A stretch of 57,728 bases of DNA from Octopus bimaculoides (Eukaryota). The translations under genes were made by a program, and so were the position numbers. Shown here piece after piece: positions 15,053 to 27,187 of this stretch; position 1 is the stretch's first letter, and each line of letters opens with the position of its first letter. The notes under the pieces were generated by a model, which saw only the letters and a program-made list of their open reading frames with translations, was not told the origin of the DNA and searched no databases. Location of the stretch: assembly GCF_001194135.2 (NCBI RefSeq), contig NC_068983.1:135335853-135393580 (forward strand), in the 5' to 3' direction.

Positions 15053-15270
15053 ATATATTGTGGCTGTTGACTTTATTTGTCTTGACTAAGGGTAGATCCA
15101 GGTAATTTATGCTTAAGATTTTTTGTGAAACAGTGTATTATCTATCAGTTCAGAACATAGCTGTCACAATTGTAGTTTAATATTATTCATCTGAAACTAA
15201 ATCAAAGCACTCCAAACTAGACCACACACTTCAGTTGTGACCTACTCTGACATTCTGGCATTAAGGTTAC

Positions 15271-15352
15271 CAGAAAGGATAAGTTTGTCACCAGTCATTG
15301 TGGAAAGAATGATATTTCTAAGATTCTCATAGAAAAGAGACAGTTTCTTCCA
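15271..15352 (-). CDS. Ubl/coiled-coil gene exon 8 (WKKLSLFYENLRNIILSTMTGDKLILS)
   Basis: cttcactcag| acceptor and G|gtaacc donor; 82 nt, phase 0 to 1. Confidence 0.55.
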
Positions 15353-16439
15353 CTGAGTGAAGTGCGAGTGCATATACAGAGAAGAAAGTTACATGTCACC
15401 TGCAGGATAACAACAACAGCAGCAAAGAGTTTAAGGATTGGATGGTAAACTACTAACCTTATCAGCTAGGTTCTTCCTCACCACAAAGTCAATACCTCCA
15501 CTCATTTATCATTCTGTTAGATTACCTGCCCAAAAGAAACTAAAGCCACAACCAATTTCAATTTGCAGACTTTCCCTGGCAATCATGTCCCAGAAAGAGT
15601 AGCTATATTGGTCATATATCAATCAGGTTCTGCTACAACAAGAGCAATACAGCACTCAGGTCTGCAGGATTTTCCAACAACCACCAGGCCTCACACACTC
15701 CAGCAACTGATCCATAGATTTGTCCTTAATTTTTTTTTATGCTTATACATTTATTTCTCCTGTTGAAATGAACATCTATCAATCAGGGAAACTAACCAGC
15801 ATGTAAAGCAGTCAATATTTAGGACACCTTTTCTAGTCCTATCCCAGTAACAGAGAAAGCAGTGCCTTCCTTAAATAAGGCTGCTCACAGACACAGGGAG
15901 TTTCATGCAATTCCTTAACTGCTAAGATTGAAGAAAACAATGTTAAGATAAAACCCTTGCCACTTAATACACGGGTTCAAGACTGCATGGTTCCAACTCA
16001 TCAAATTTGCATATGTTGCCATGCACCCATCGCCAAAAAAATTTGAAAGCATAGTATAGATAAAACTGGTTCCATTCATCATAAAATACCATAATGTTAA
16101 ACAGTACTAGTTATGAGAGGTGTAATGTACTACAGTGTTTGAAGGTGCCTGTACCTCATAGAGACTATAATGATAGATACTTGTAGAGCATGAATTCCAC
16201 TCACTAAGTATCATTTACCATGTGCAGTGACAAGAAAAGATCAAGGTTTCTATATTAGAATTTCCTTCTCTTAGTCTTTGTCAACCAAGGTAGCCTACAA
16301 GAGCATGAGTATAAGAATTCCAAGACTAGAACTAGGGATTTATCAATCTCAAGTGGTCTTAGAACACACTTGTTCACCATCTTGAGTTCTATGTTTCTAT
16401 ATTTTGTCAACATATAGTCGTTAGCCTTATATCAGCTAC

Positions 16440-16495
16440 CTCTGCTTTTTGGCAGGTATTGTATTTCTTCTGCACAATTTCTCGCAAATCTTCCT
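16440..16495 (-). CDS. Ubl/coiled-coil gene exon 7 (EDLREIVQKKYNTCQKAE)
   Basis: Open helical-looking frame with compatible phases (1 to 0), but weak splice sites (cttgtaaaaag|, GAG|gtagct); boundaries uncertain by a few nt. Confidence 0.5.
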
Positions 16496-16891
16496 CTTTT
16501 TACAAGAAAAGAAGCACATTAAAACATTATACAGTGCTCCTCCCACTTGTAACAACAACCTATACCATTCATTCTACCTATTTGCATTTAGATGAACTGG
16601 GTAAACAAAATGTATATATTTCTGCTACAGATACAAAACAGATCCAGTGGCAGCATACAAACCATGAATTATTTTGCTAGTGGCAAGCACATTCACTATT
16701 TTTCTAATCAGTTGTGATTTTATAACAGACCTATGATAGGTTTAGAAAAGCAGCTCCTTAAAAGTACTCATCCACAAGTTAAGGAGTTGGTAAAAAGAAA
16801 GGCAGCCATTAATAAATCACCACATGAATGATACACAACTGTGAGCAAAATATTATTCTTAAACGGACAACAAAGGCAGAGACAAAAATAC

Positions 16892-16958
16892 TTGCTTTTA
16901 ATATTCTTTCTTCAATAGTTTTCGGATAATCAGGAATAGCCTCTTGCAATGCTTCTAA
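16892..16958 (-). CDS. Ubl/coiled-coil gene exon 6 (LEALQEAIPDYPKTIEERILKA)
   Basis: tttttgtattatag| acceptor; donor A|gtattt (a GC donor AAA|gcaagt 4 nt earlier is also possible); phase 0 to 1. Confidence 0.72.
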
Positions 16959-17707
16959 CTATAATACAAAAATATAAACAAAATAATAGTCTCTTAATAA
17001 AAATTCAAAAACACTTAAACTAATAGAAACATTTTCTTCAGATTGTTACCCTCAGTTTTCATGTATTTTTATTTATTTTTTTGTAAAATACATTTCAAAC
17101 TGTTCATCATTAATTGACATATTTGCAAATATATGTACATGTTCATGCAGGTACTGAACAAACATTTACTTTACATGAGTTAACATTCTTATTTATTATG
17201 CCACGTTTCCAGCATAATCACTCCAAAAATAATTTTGAAACACTCATGATTTAAAATTAAGACTGATAATCTTATCAAAGGACTTGTGTAGGATAAAGAT
17301 GCTGCAAAATATTTTGAAGTTAAGACTCTGCAAGAATGTGTGGATCTGTGTGTCATCAACTTCAATGTAAGTAGTTTAATAAGCAAGGCTAAATATATTT
17401 AGATGATGATCATCTTACTACAGACAGTATGTTCTGTCCTTGGGCATGGCACACAAATTTGCTTGTTTTTGCTTGTTCTTGTTTGATAAAACCACTCCAC
17501 TGGGGAGCAGTTAGCAGTAAGAAGGGCATCTGGCTGTAAAACAATTGCATGGAATAATGGATGTAAAACAAATAAAAAAACAACAAACAACTCCTTTACA
17601 TACCCTATTGTATGTAAAATAATTATTGCTATTGAGTTTTATAAATACATGAACAACATTAAATTCATAATAGTAGTAGTAATGATGATTCAAATATATT
17701 TACTTAC

Positions 17708-17784
17708 TCTTTTTGTAAAAGATTTTAACTTTGCATTAACAAATACTCTCAGATAATCTCTGTTTACAAAGGATAATGGCTTTG
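17708..17784 (-). CDS. Ubl/coiled-coil gene exon 5 (KPLSFVNRDYLRVFVNAKLKSFTKR)
   Basis: ttcttctatttccag| acceptor and AGA|gtaagt donor; 77 nt, phase 1 to 0. Confidence 0.8.
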
Positions 17785-18362
17785 CTGGAAATAGAAGAAA
17801 AATGAATTTAAATAAATAAGAGAATTAAGTGACAGCTACAGCTTGTATATCCACAATATAAGTATACACAAAGACAGATATACTATTTATCTACAGCTGA
17901 GTCTGATACTAAAAGTTTTTTTGTTTTAATCATCAGGTAACTGGTAAGTTTGATCTGTTTGGGTCATGCTGTCAGTTGACATATGGACATATAACGTGTA
18001 AAAATGTACAAAAAATTTATTAAAATTTCTGTGGAACAAATTCTACAAATTCACATTGAAAAGTTTACTTTATGAAAAATTTGTATGGAGGGTTGTAAGT
18101 AGGTATGTTCACACATATAACTTACTCAAAAATGCATATGTATGTGTACATATATATGTGTTTATGTGTATGGATGTATATGTACAAATACCTGTGTGCA
18201 GTAATATATTTGAATATATTTGTGTATTTGTATTTATTTGGGTTTGTATGTGTATGTGTGTGTGTGTGTGTGCATGCATGTGCTTGCACACGTGAGTATG
18301 TATATTCAGCAAAAAGTGACAGTAACAATGAATATGACAGAAAAGGTGAAACTTTCACTTAC

Positions 18363-18400
18363 CATGATAGTAATGTGGAATTACTTCAATGTTGTAAGGA
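18363..18400 (-). CDS. Ubl/coiled-coil gene exon 4 (PYNIEVIPHYYH)
   Basis: ccctcttcttctag| acceptor and G|gtaagt donor; 38 nt, phase 2 to 1; completes the PSNT..NPY.IEV motif. Confidence 0.8.
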
Positions 18401-18850
18401 CTAGAAGAAGAGGGAAAAAATAGAAATCATTATCAAATCTACAGATTAATATATATTTTAGACTGCAGTGGTGAGCAATATCATTATTGGTTACACATTT
18501 TTAATGAAGTAAGAAATGACGAAGGATTGTCTGTGCAATTCACTACAAAATAAATATCACACAGATATTGTTATTTAAATGCATCAACTATTCAGTTTTC
18601 TTGATAAATTTTACATATTTTTTATGTCTTTTCGTTGATGTACTGTTCCATGATAGAAAATTCAACAAAAATATTGTGTTACGCTAAGAAGCAGTGCATG
18701 GTACAAGAATTTTAACTTAAGCCAAATATAACAAACTACTCCAAATTGTTGTTAGACTATCCACACAAGTGGAGTCAATACCAGCTAGTTTGTACTAGCA
18801 TCGATTTACATTAGTTGTAATAATGAAGTCAAACCAAATAGTGATATTTC

Positions 18851-18974
18851 TGAAATCATTTAATATGTACAATTCAAGTTTGAATAACACGTGACAGGAA
18901 ATGCACCCATTATGAAATGGCTGCATTTCCTGTTATGTATTATGCAAACCTGAAACACATATTAAATGATTTCA
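18851..18974. repeat. 124-bp imperfect hairpin
   Basis: tgaaatcatttaatatgt...caggaaatgcacccat / atggctgcatttcctg...acatattaaatgatttca. Confidence 0.8.
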
Positions 18975-19032
18975 AAATATTATTTGGCTTGCCTTTGTTA
19001 TTACAATTATATATACAGTATGTATGTGTGTC

Positions 19033-19094
<62 letters not shown>

Positions 19095-19098
<4 letters not shown>

Positions 19099-19269
19099 AA
19101 GAAAAGCAACAAAAATTCAATAGGTTATAGCAGTACGTACATTTCGTACAAACTTTATTTATTTATGTAGTGAGAACACCACTGGTATTCTCACTACATA
19201 AATAAATGAAGTTTGTATGAAACGTACGTACTGCTATAACCTATTGAATTTTTGTTGCTTTTCTTCAAA
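19095..19269. repeat. 175-bp near-perfect palindrome
   Basis: Arms tttgaagaaaagcaac...gagaacacca / tggtattctc...gttgcttttcttcaaa; 4 mismatches by my count. Confidence 0.9.
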
Positions 19270-19967
19270 TTTTATTCACCAAATCTCTTGATTTTGTTTT
19301 TGGTTTTTACCCTACCAAATTCTGGTGCCTCAAACATTTTAAGTACCACATTTAATCTTTTGATTAAATCTATATTATTATTATATATATATATATATCC
19401 GAGCTGTATTCTCTGTCATCACTCATGCAAATACTGTCTAACAGAATGTATATCAGATGGTTTACTTTAAAGAAGAAAACTATTGATACAAGTGAAATTC
19501 TAAGACTAATGAATTAGTCACAGAGTACATTACATCAAGTTAAAAAATGGAAGTTGTGGTGTTGTATTAGGTTCTTTGGTTGCATGCATTTCAACACTCT
19601 AAGTTGTATGCAGTTTATGAGTGTAACTATGAATGTACATGTGGATGGTTTCTGTAAAACAGCACACAGCAACATGCTGTGTGCTGTAGATGTTTTGTAG
19701 GGCAAGGATTGACAGTAGTACAGTTTACACTTGGAAGATTGTGGTATATGATTTACGAGTTCCTGCAGGGGAAGAAACTGTGTCTATATGTGTGGATAGA
19801 GAGGAACTGAGATTTAGGATAGGGATTGTGCAAACTTCTTAACTATATAGCTATGCCTGCATCTACACACATACAATGAGCGACATTTATAAAACAAAGT
19901 AATTCATCTTAGAAAATAAGTTAAATGAATATCAGAAAAACATCCACTTCAGTGTGGACTTACATAC

Positions 19968-20032
19968 TTGTCAGAAGTATTTGAAGGTACTTTTCCAGTT
20001 AGAGTAATCACTGAGCCTTTACTGTTACGTGC
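19968..20032 (-). CDS. Ubl/coiled-coil gene exon 3 (ARNSKGSVITLTGKVPSNTSD)
   Basis: tttttttttccag| acceptor and AA|gtatgt donor; 65 nt, phase 0 to 2. Confidence 0.8.
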
Positions 20033-21110
20033 CTGGAAAAAAAACAACAATATAATGAAGGTAGAATATAACTATACATTATAGTTTTGATTACAGAGTA
20101 TCCCTGTAATATGCTTGAATGACAGTGATAAAGATGAAGAACAAGGAAGGTGTATAGGAAAAGGGAATGATTGATGCAATAAAACAAGAGGTTTACAAAG
20201 TTATTGGGCATCACCAACCTACTAAATAGCATTTGCTTTTCTTTTTAGATGTCAGTTTTAATGAATTTTGTATCTTAAATCAAGATGATACAGGATCATA
20301 AAAAAATTGCAATGTGTTAGACTATGGTGCAGCACAAGGCACACTGGCATAGCAAAATGAATGCTGAAATGATGTTACTGAATGGAAATTTAACCACTGA
20401 TTATTTGTTGAATAAAACATTTTAGAATATCATGCTGTTCATGACTAAATTACTAATGCCCAATAGCCCCAACTTTTAGATTAATTCAATCTATTTCCAA
20501 GCTTTACATAATTCATCATGAAGTAACACACACCACCATTAATGTTTTTACATATATTTTTTCATGGAATGAAATAATTTGGTACAGCTGACTGGACGTT
20601 CAACCTGTTTTGATGACAGTACTTTTTGATACTGGAGACACACACGTGTGCACACAGAGATTACAATTTATTAACTGAACACAACTGGCATAAACTCTTT
20701 CCCTCTCCCCATACACATGAAAAGAAATATACTCACACATGAAGAGAGAGAGGGATAGGAGAGAATGAGAGAAACATTAAAATGTCTGATGTCAGTTTTG
20801 TAGTAATTGGATTGGATTGGATAACCTATGTTCAGTCCACTGCAGGATGAATGCCTCAGCATGTTCTTTCCACCAACCACAGTATGAATTAGAGACTGTG
20901 AATTTGAACTTGAGATCATACTGGCTTGAAAAAGCTAGAGCATTATCCCCTATTGTAGCAAGTAATGTAGTAATTAGTGACTAATAGTGTCTGATACATT
21001 TTAGATATTATCTTATTGCTTCTTTCTATCTCAGTTATTTATCAAAGTTTCCTCAGTCAGATAATATCTGGTAATGAGCTTAGCAAATCAGTAAATGCAG
21101 ACTTCCTTAC

Positions 21111-21226
21111 CTTGATGACATGAGACTTGTTATCAATGTCAATTTTATCCAGAATCTTCTCCTGAATATTACGAAAAGAGCAGCTGGAGTCAACAATTAT
21201 ACATTGGACTTTCTTGGAATGGCAGA
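21111..21226 (-). CDS. Ubl/coiled-coil gene exon 2 (CHSKKVQCIIVDSSCSFRNIQEKILDKIDIDNKSHVIK)
   Basis: ttttctttcag| acceptor and AAG|gtaagg donor; 116 nt, phase 1 to 0. Confidence 0.8.
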
Positions 21227-22022
21227 CTGAAAGAAAATGGCCAAAAACTAAATGAGACACTTTAATAACAAAAAAACATTAAAAAGTTTCACAGGTTTCT
21301 TTTTTAATTCTTTCTCATCTTTTAATTTTTTAAGTGAAAATAACTTGGAGATAAAGACTACTAACACTTACACACTGATGAAGATGAAGTCTTTTTATGA
21401 GATACAAAAAAGGATAAAGGTGTTAGGAGTGAAAATATGCAAAAAAAAAAAAAAAAATAGGTATATCTAAATCTCAGTACATAATGAAAGTATGTATATT
21501 CTTCTTTCTAGTTCAAAAGTAGTGGGTGGGCAGATTGGTTTTAGAACATCATATTTTTTTTACATTTAGGACAAGCATTCCCTACTTGTCTTCCCCTAAC
21601 ACCCATCATTCCTCTATCTATGGTTCTACTCAGTTGCTGTAATCACCTGAGGGCAGAATCAGAACGTATTGCATCATCTCCCTTCTTTTGTACTTCCAGT
21701 TACTTCCCTCTTCCCCATGAGATTACTTCCATTTCTCATTATCATCCCTGCCCACACTATTTCTGTTAACCATCTCCTTTCTATGCCTTCAATCATTGCT
21801 CTCTCTCTCACTCTCTCTCCTCAACCATACTCCATTTTTAACACTTCTCACATCTGCTCAATGCCTTCTCATATCTGCCAGCATGTCCCAATTAATACAA
21901 CCACCACCTTATGTACCTCTACCTCTCTCTCCTCACCACTCCTACTCCTTGCATATTATTCTGCTTCTTTCTGCTCTATACTCCTTCCTGAGCCATCCCT
22001 ATATCTCTCACCATGTTGTTGG

Positions 22023-22397
22023 TACTCTGTCGCTTACGATGTCGAGGGTTCCAGTTGATCCGATCAACGGAACAGCCTGCTCGTGAAATTAACGTGCAAG
22101 TGGCTGAGTACTCCATAGCCACGTGTACTCTTAATGTAGTTCTCGGGGATATTCAGTGTGACACAGTGTGACAAGGCTGACCCTTTGAAATACAGGTACA
22201 ACAGAAACAGGAAGAAAGAATGAGAGAAAGTTGTGGTGAAAGAGTACAGCAAGGTTCGCCACTATCCCCTGCCAGAGCCTCGTGGAGCTTGAGGTGTTTT
22301 CGATCAATAAACACTCACAACACCCGGTCTGGGAATCGAAACCGCGATCCTATGACGCGAGTCCGCTGCCCTAACCACTGGGCCATTGCGCCTCCAC
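22023..22397 (-). mobile_element. tRNA-derived SINE, full length
   Basis: Minus-strand head ggaggcgcaatggcccagtggttagggcagcggactcgcg...ggtttcgattccc with A and B boxes; second copy at 54317-54670. Confidence 0.8.
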
Positions 22398-23502
22398 ATC
22401 TCTCACCATACCCTTACCCATACTGATATCAACTGCACTGCAACTCTTGTTCATCACTCACTACATTCACCTCTACCCCCATCTCTAACCATCTATTACT
22501 TCCCGTTCAAACTCTTAAGAAACTCTCCCCTTTCCCCCCTAACTGATTCACTGTCTGTATTCTTTTTTATACCCATCTTCTTGTATCCTGAAATGTTCTG
22601 GCAACTTGCTACCACCATTTCTACCTTCTCTCCAGGTACTCTCATCTACTATATAATGTGAGATATCCTTGTATCTCCTGTACAGTGAAACACCTGGGCT
22701 TGCCCATCTATCACCTTTGGCCTCTCAACAGCTGATATAGAACCATAGCGCTTCCTTTCCCTCTCAAATACTCTCATCCCACTTTTGTCAAAGAAGTTTC
22801 TTCCGTTTTCTTTCTTCCTGTTCTTTTGTCTTGCAAATTGCTTAGCAACCTCACTAGTGCCAATAGCATGATAAAAGCACCCTGTACACTCTGTAAAGTA
22901 GTTGGCATTAGGAAGGACATCCAGCTATAGAAACCATGCCAAAACTGTCACTGGACCTCAATATGACCATGTGGCTGGCCAGATCCTGCCAAATCATCTG
23001 AATCCATGACAGTATGAAAATGGACACATGATGATGACGATCCTTCTTTACTCTGGAGTTGTTAAAATAAGTACAAACCAACTAATAACATATTAAATGG
23101 ATTCAATTGCCTAAATTCTCTCCTAAAAACATTAGTTTTCTGCCTCATTAAAAGAAATTATCTTCAATGAAAACATTTCACTCTATCAATAAATTTCTAT
23201 ATGCAGACATGAGTAGGACATAACTATACCAGTTGCAGCAATTAAATATATTTCATAACAAACATAGCAAGGTTAGTAAAGTAATCTCAAGAATATAATG
23301 TATTTATTTTCTCCTTAGTCTTTTTTTTTTTTTGTTAAGAATAAAGAAATAGCAATATGCAACTTGCTTAATAAATAGAAATTGATAAAACAAGTACGAT
23401 GATGACGTAAGTACAGAGGTTAGTATGATCAATTAAAATGTGCCTCAGAATGGCTACAGTCCAATGACTGAAACTCTAGTTAAAATCTCGAAGCAATTAA
23501 AG

Positions 23503-23506
<4 letters not shown>

Positions 23507-23583
<77 letters not shown>
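23507..23583. repeat. (GA)n microsatellite; other long SSRs include (TA)n 14981-15050 and 31711-31782, (ATAC)n about 2136-2268, (ATT)n 29133-29174
   Basis: Direct reading. Confidence 0.95.
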
Positions 23584-23587
<4 letters not shown>

Positions 23588-25208
23588 GACAGGGAGGGAG
23601 AGAAAGTAGAGTGGTAAAATAGAGCATGCATGTATATGAGAGAGGGCAACACTCTGATATTTGAACTTTTGAACACCTTAATACACATCCACACCTATAT
23701 AGGGGTGTATAACCAGGTTATGTTTGGTGCGCTGCTAAAGTCATTAAATGAAGATTTAATTAATTTCATTTATTCCAAGTATAACTTACATACATGCAAT
23801 TTACTATAAATTCTCATAACATTTTGTACGTTTTAAGTTAAGCTCAGCTATCACCAGCATCTTTAGATCTACCTGCAAGTGGTAAAAACAGTAGTATGTG
23901 AAGTGAACAGCAAAAGAACAATGAATGAAATGGGGATAGTAACACACACCATTACTACAGGGAGGTAACATGTCACTGGTCTTTCAATACTGACAAGCTG
24001 GTGACATGTCAAGAACATCTACCAAGTGAATTTTTCAATGTTTTCCCCCTAATAGCCATCATGAAACATGCCAGTCCGGCTCAAACCTCCAATCTCTCTA
24101 CAACAAATTAAACAAAGTACAAAGAATATAAAACACCTCAACAGTGAATTATATTGACGTTTTTAATGCCCTGTGTTTTTTTATCTTACCTGGATAACAT
24201 GACTATACTTCACAAACAGTCCACACCATCTACACAATGAAATAAATATACCCAAAATGAAAGCCCTCCAAAATATACAAGGCATAAAGATTGTTGCTGT
24301 AGCTAACTTTCCCTACACTACCACTGCAACAGGTTCAATCACCTCACGTGCAGCTACAAAATGCCTTTGTTCATAGGTTTGCTTCATCGGGTTTGACCTG
24401 GATAAAACAACAGCAACAACAAAACTACATCTTCATATATAGAACGTGGTTTTCAGCTAAGTAAAAGTATGGAATATCTGGAGCACTGAATCTGAATTGC
24501 ATCTGGTCATTCAAGTCACTACTTACAGATCAGGGTAATACAACAATGAGGGACTATAATGATCCAAGTAGTGAGTCAGTAACACTCAGCCAACTAATAT
24601 TGATAGGGTTGTTCCTTTTAAGTGATTAACCATCTGTTCTAAATCTATTTATGTTTCTGCGCTTTCTCTAAACATTCAAGGTATTTTAAAATTATGTATG
24701 TATACATTAAAGCGATTATTTATGACTTGTGACTATATTTAATTTTGACACTTTGCTGTACACGGTCATTTAAATACCTGCTTTTATATATATCTTTATT
24801 TATATCTATTTGTTTTGCTTACGGTTGAGTGTGAGAAGAAAAGAGTATAATTTGCATCAGGAAGTAGTTTTCGCAAAACTGTCGGATACTGGGAGATATT
24901 TTACCCAAACCATATTGTAAAAGATACTGAGCAAGTACCTAAAACCACCTTGTCATATATTAGTTCATAAAGAATGGATCGACAACATTGTATTCTATCC
25001 AATATGTAAAATAATCCAAAAGTATATGTACTTTTAATAGTTTTTCTTTCCACAGTTAAACTGAGAAAACAAAGAAAGAACAAATTTAAAAGATAGATTG
25101 TAATTACTGTATAAAAATATAGAGAGAATGTCAAATTCACTTAAGTCTTAGTAAAATAATAAATGGATTAAATATTCTTGGAAACCGAAATACAGTTGAA
25201 AGACTCAC

Positions 25209-25263
25209 TAGCAACAACAGGTGATGATATTTTGACATAAAATATTTTCTTGTCAACAGCCAT
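25209..25263 (-). CDS. Ubl/coiled-coil gene exon 1 (MAVDKKIFYVKISSPVVA)
   Basis: ATG in a locally CpG-rich context; A|gtgagt donor, phase 1, matching exon 2. Confidence 0.7.
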
Positions 25264-25320
25264 CTCGCGGAAGTGGACTGCTATAAACGCGGTGTCATAC
25301 GAATGTAGCGGCTTCTGAAA
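25264..25320 (-). promoter_or_regulatory. CpG-containing 5' region with an ETS-type motif (CACTTCCG / CGGAAGTG) just upstream of the ATG
   Basis: ctcgcggaagtggactgctataaacgcgg...; local CpG cluster in otherwise CpG-poor DNA. Confidence 0.35.
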
Positions 25321-27005
25321 ATTGTTCCATTATAATAAGTTTCCAAGAGATTAGTGGTCAGCATGAACAAGAAGCCACGGTAAAAATAGGCAAAAGCGAG
25401 AGGTTATGATTGTGTAAGATAATATTTAGTGATGCAATGTAATCAAAACTAGTGGTTCTTAAACGTTATTGTTAGGTGTTCTTATTTTTCAAGCCTCTAC
25501 GTGGTCGTTCGACTAGCTAAAAGTAGCAACCAAATATTCTTCAAATAACATCTTTAAATAAAGAGGGAACACAGGTAATATTAGATACACTCCTAACAAA
25601 AGACGAGATGGTGACAGTTGGAATGTTTTGATCAGATATCTGCTTGATCAGAGCTGACCTAGGGTTCAGTGACACCAAGCAGAATACCGAGCCAACGCGT
25701 GAGCCTACTAATAATAGCAATCAAGTTCCCAGTCCTAGATATATAAAAAAAAGACGGGATTAACACGTCTTTGGTCATAAGTGTTCTTAATGAAGGCAAG
25801 ACAATAAAGGAGACATTCAAGACTTATTCACTTCTCTAATGAAATAGAAAATGAAAAAAAAAAAGAAAGGAAAAAAACCTCTTCAAAAAATGAGTTTGGT
25901 CAACGTAGTGTCATGTTTTCATTTACAAGGTAATCGGTGCTCTATCCAAAGCAGAGTTCTAACCCTTTCTACTGAAAGTTCTTTAAGAATGGTTAATGGA
26001 AGGAAAGGGATATGATCCAAGCAACTTCTTACATTCTCATGGTATTCTGGTAACTCTAGAAAGTATGAGCTTACCTTTAATTTCATGTTCTTCTGTGAAA
26101 ATGATAATTGCATATAATACGTTTCTTTACACGTACACACATAACAAGGGAGGGCACAATATAGAAGGAAATAATTTGGTAGTCATTTATTTTCACCAAA
26201 TGAGGGAATCAATCATAAGGAATATTTTAAGATAGATTTTGCTGAAATATTTTCCTTCTTTTTTTTTTGGCTATCTATTTACCAATCTTATAATGTGTGT
26301 ATGTATGTTCTCTTATGTTTTTAATTATTTGAAATCTTCCTCTGAAGAAGGAGCTGGTTTCTGTTGCACATACAAAGTTCTGTCATTGGAATATAAATAA
26401 CAAAAACAAATTAACATTTTAAACTAATAAAGTCTTGCATATTTTTACTGTTCCACTTTTAGATTATTTTTGCAATGTGTGAATTAGCTGGTTGATTTAT
26501 TTTTCTGAAAACTCTAGCTTATCCAAATTGTCACTTAGGCATTTACTCACAAACCTAAGTACAACAATTATTATTGGTATAAATGTGAATTTATAATCTG
26601 GATACAAAAGCTGGAGGTTTCAATGTATGTATGTATGTATGTGTATATATGTATACATATAACAAGTGTTTATGAAGTTTCGAATGGAAAGTGGTTGCTC
26701 TTTCACAAGGATGTATTTTATCCAAACGTCACCAGTTTAGCTCAGTATCAATTAATATACTTTGGATTTTATTAATTTGTGTTAGTATTAGTGTTATGAA
26801 GTTCCAGTTGTCGTTATAGATGTTTTCATCTGAATCTTCTTGTCAATGGTGGAGATTGATGGGCATCATGCTCTCTCTTTGTGCATCAAACTTGTCTGGC
26901 CACTTTTAAATTTCTCGATCCTCTCATACAAACTTCTACACAGTAGTGCACTGTCTCTGCACTGTGCTAAAAGCCGCTGATGAAATCAGATCACTGCTCT
27001 TTTTT

Positions 27006-27187
27006 CTTCATTCATATTTTGCAATGAAGATTGCATTATGCATTTAAAAGGTAAAAATCTCTTCAGGGCAAGAATTGCAACTCTACATCCATTAGGATGG
27101 GAATTAATTTTTTGTCAATTTTTGTCCTGAAGAGATTTTTACCTTTTAAATGCATAATGCAATCTTCATTGCAAAATATGAATGAAG
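27006..27187. repeat. Inverted repeat with about 70-bp arms
   Basis: cttcattcatattttgcaatgaagattgcattatgc... / ...gcataatgcaatcttcattgcaaaatatgaatgaag. Confidence 0.85.

Noticed and set aside
17292-17366. Plus-strand exon-like stretch DKDAAKYFEVKTLQECVDLCVINFN|gtaagt
   Set aside because: Good donor but no polypyrimidine tract at the acceptor and no partner exons found, so an overlapping antisense gene is unsupported.
22300-22397. tRNA-like sequence with A and B boxes
   Set aside because: SINE head, not a tRNA gene; no acceptor-stem 3' end and it continues into a SINE body.
26075-26092. 18-nt minus-strand micro-exon candidate (ttttcacag|...AAG|gtaagc)
   Set aside because: Splice-like signals only; no counterpart downstream of copy B and a competing candidate lies too close.
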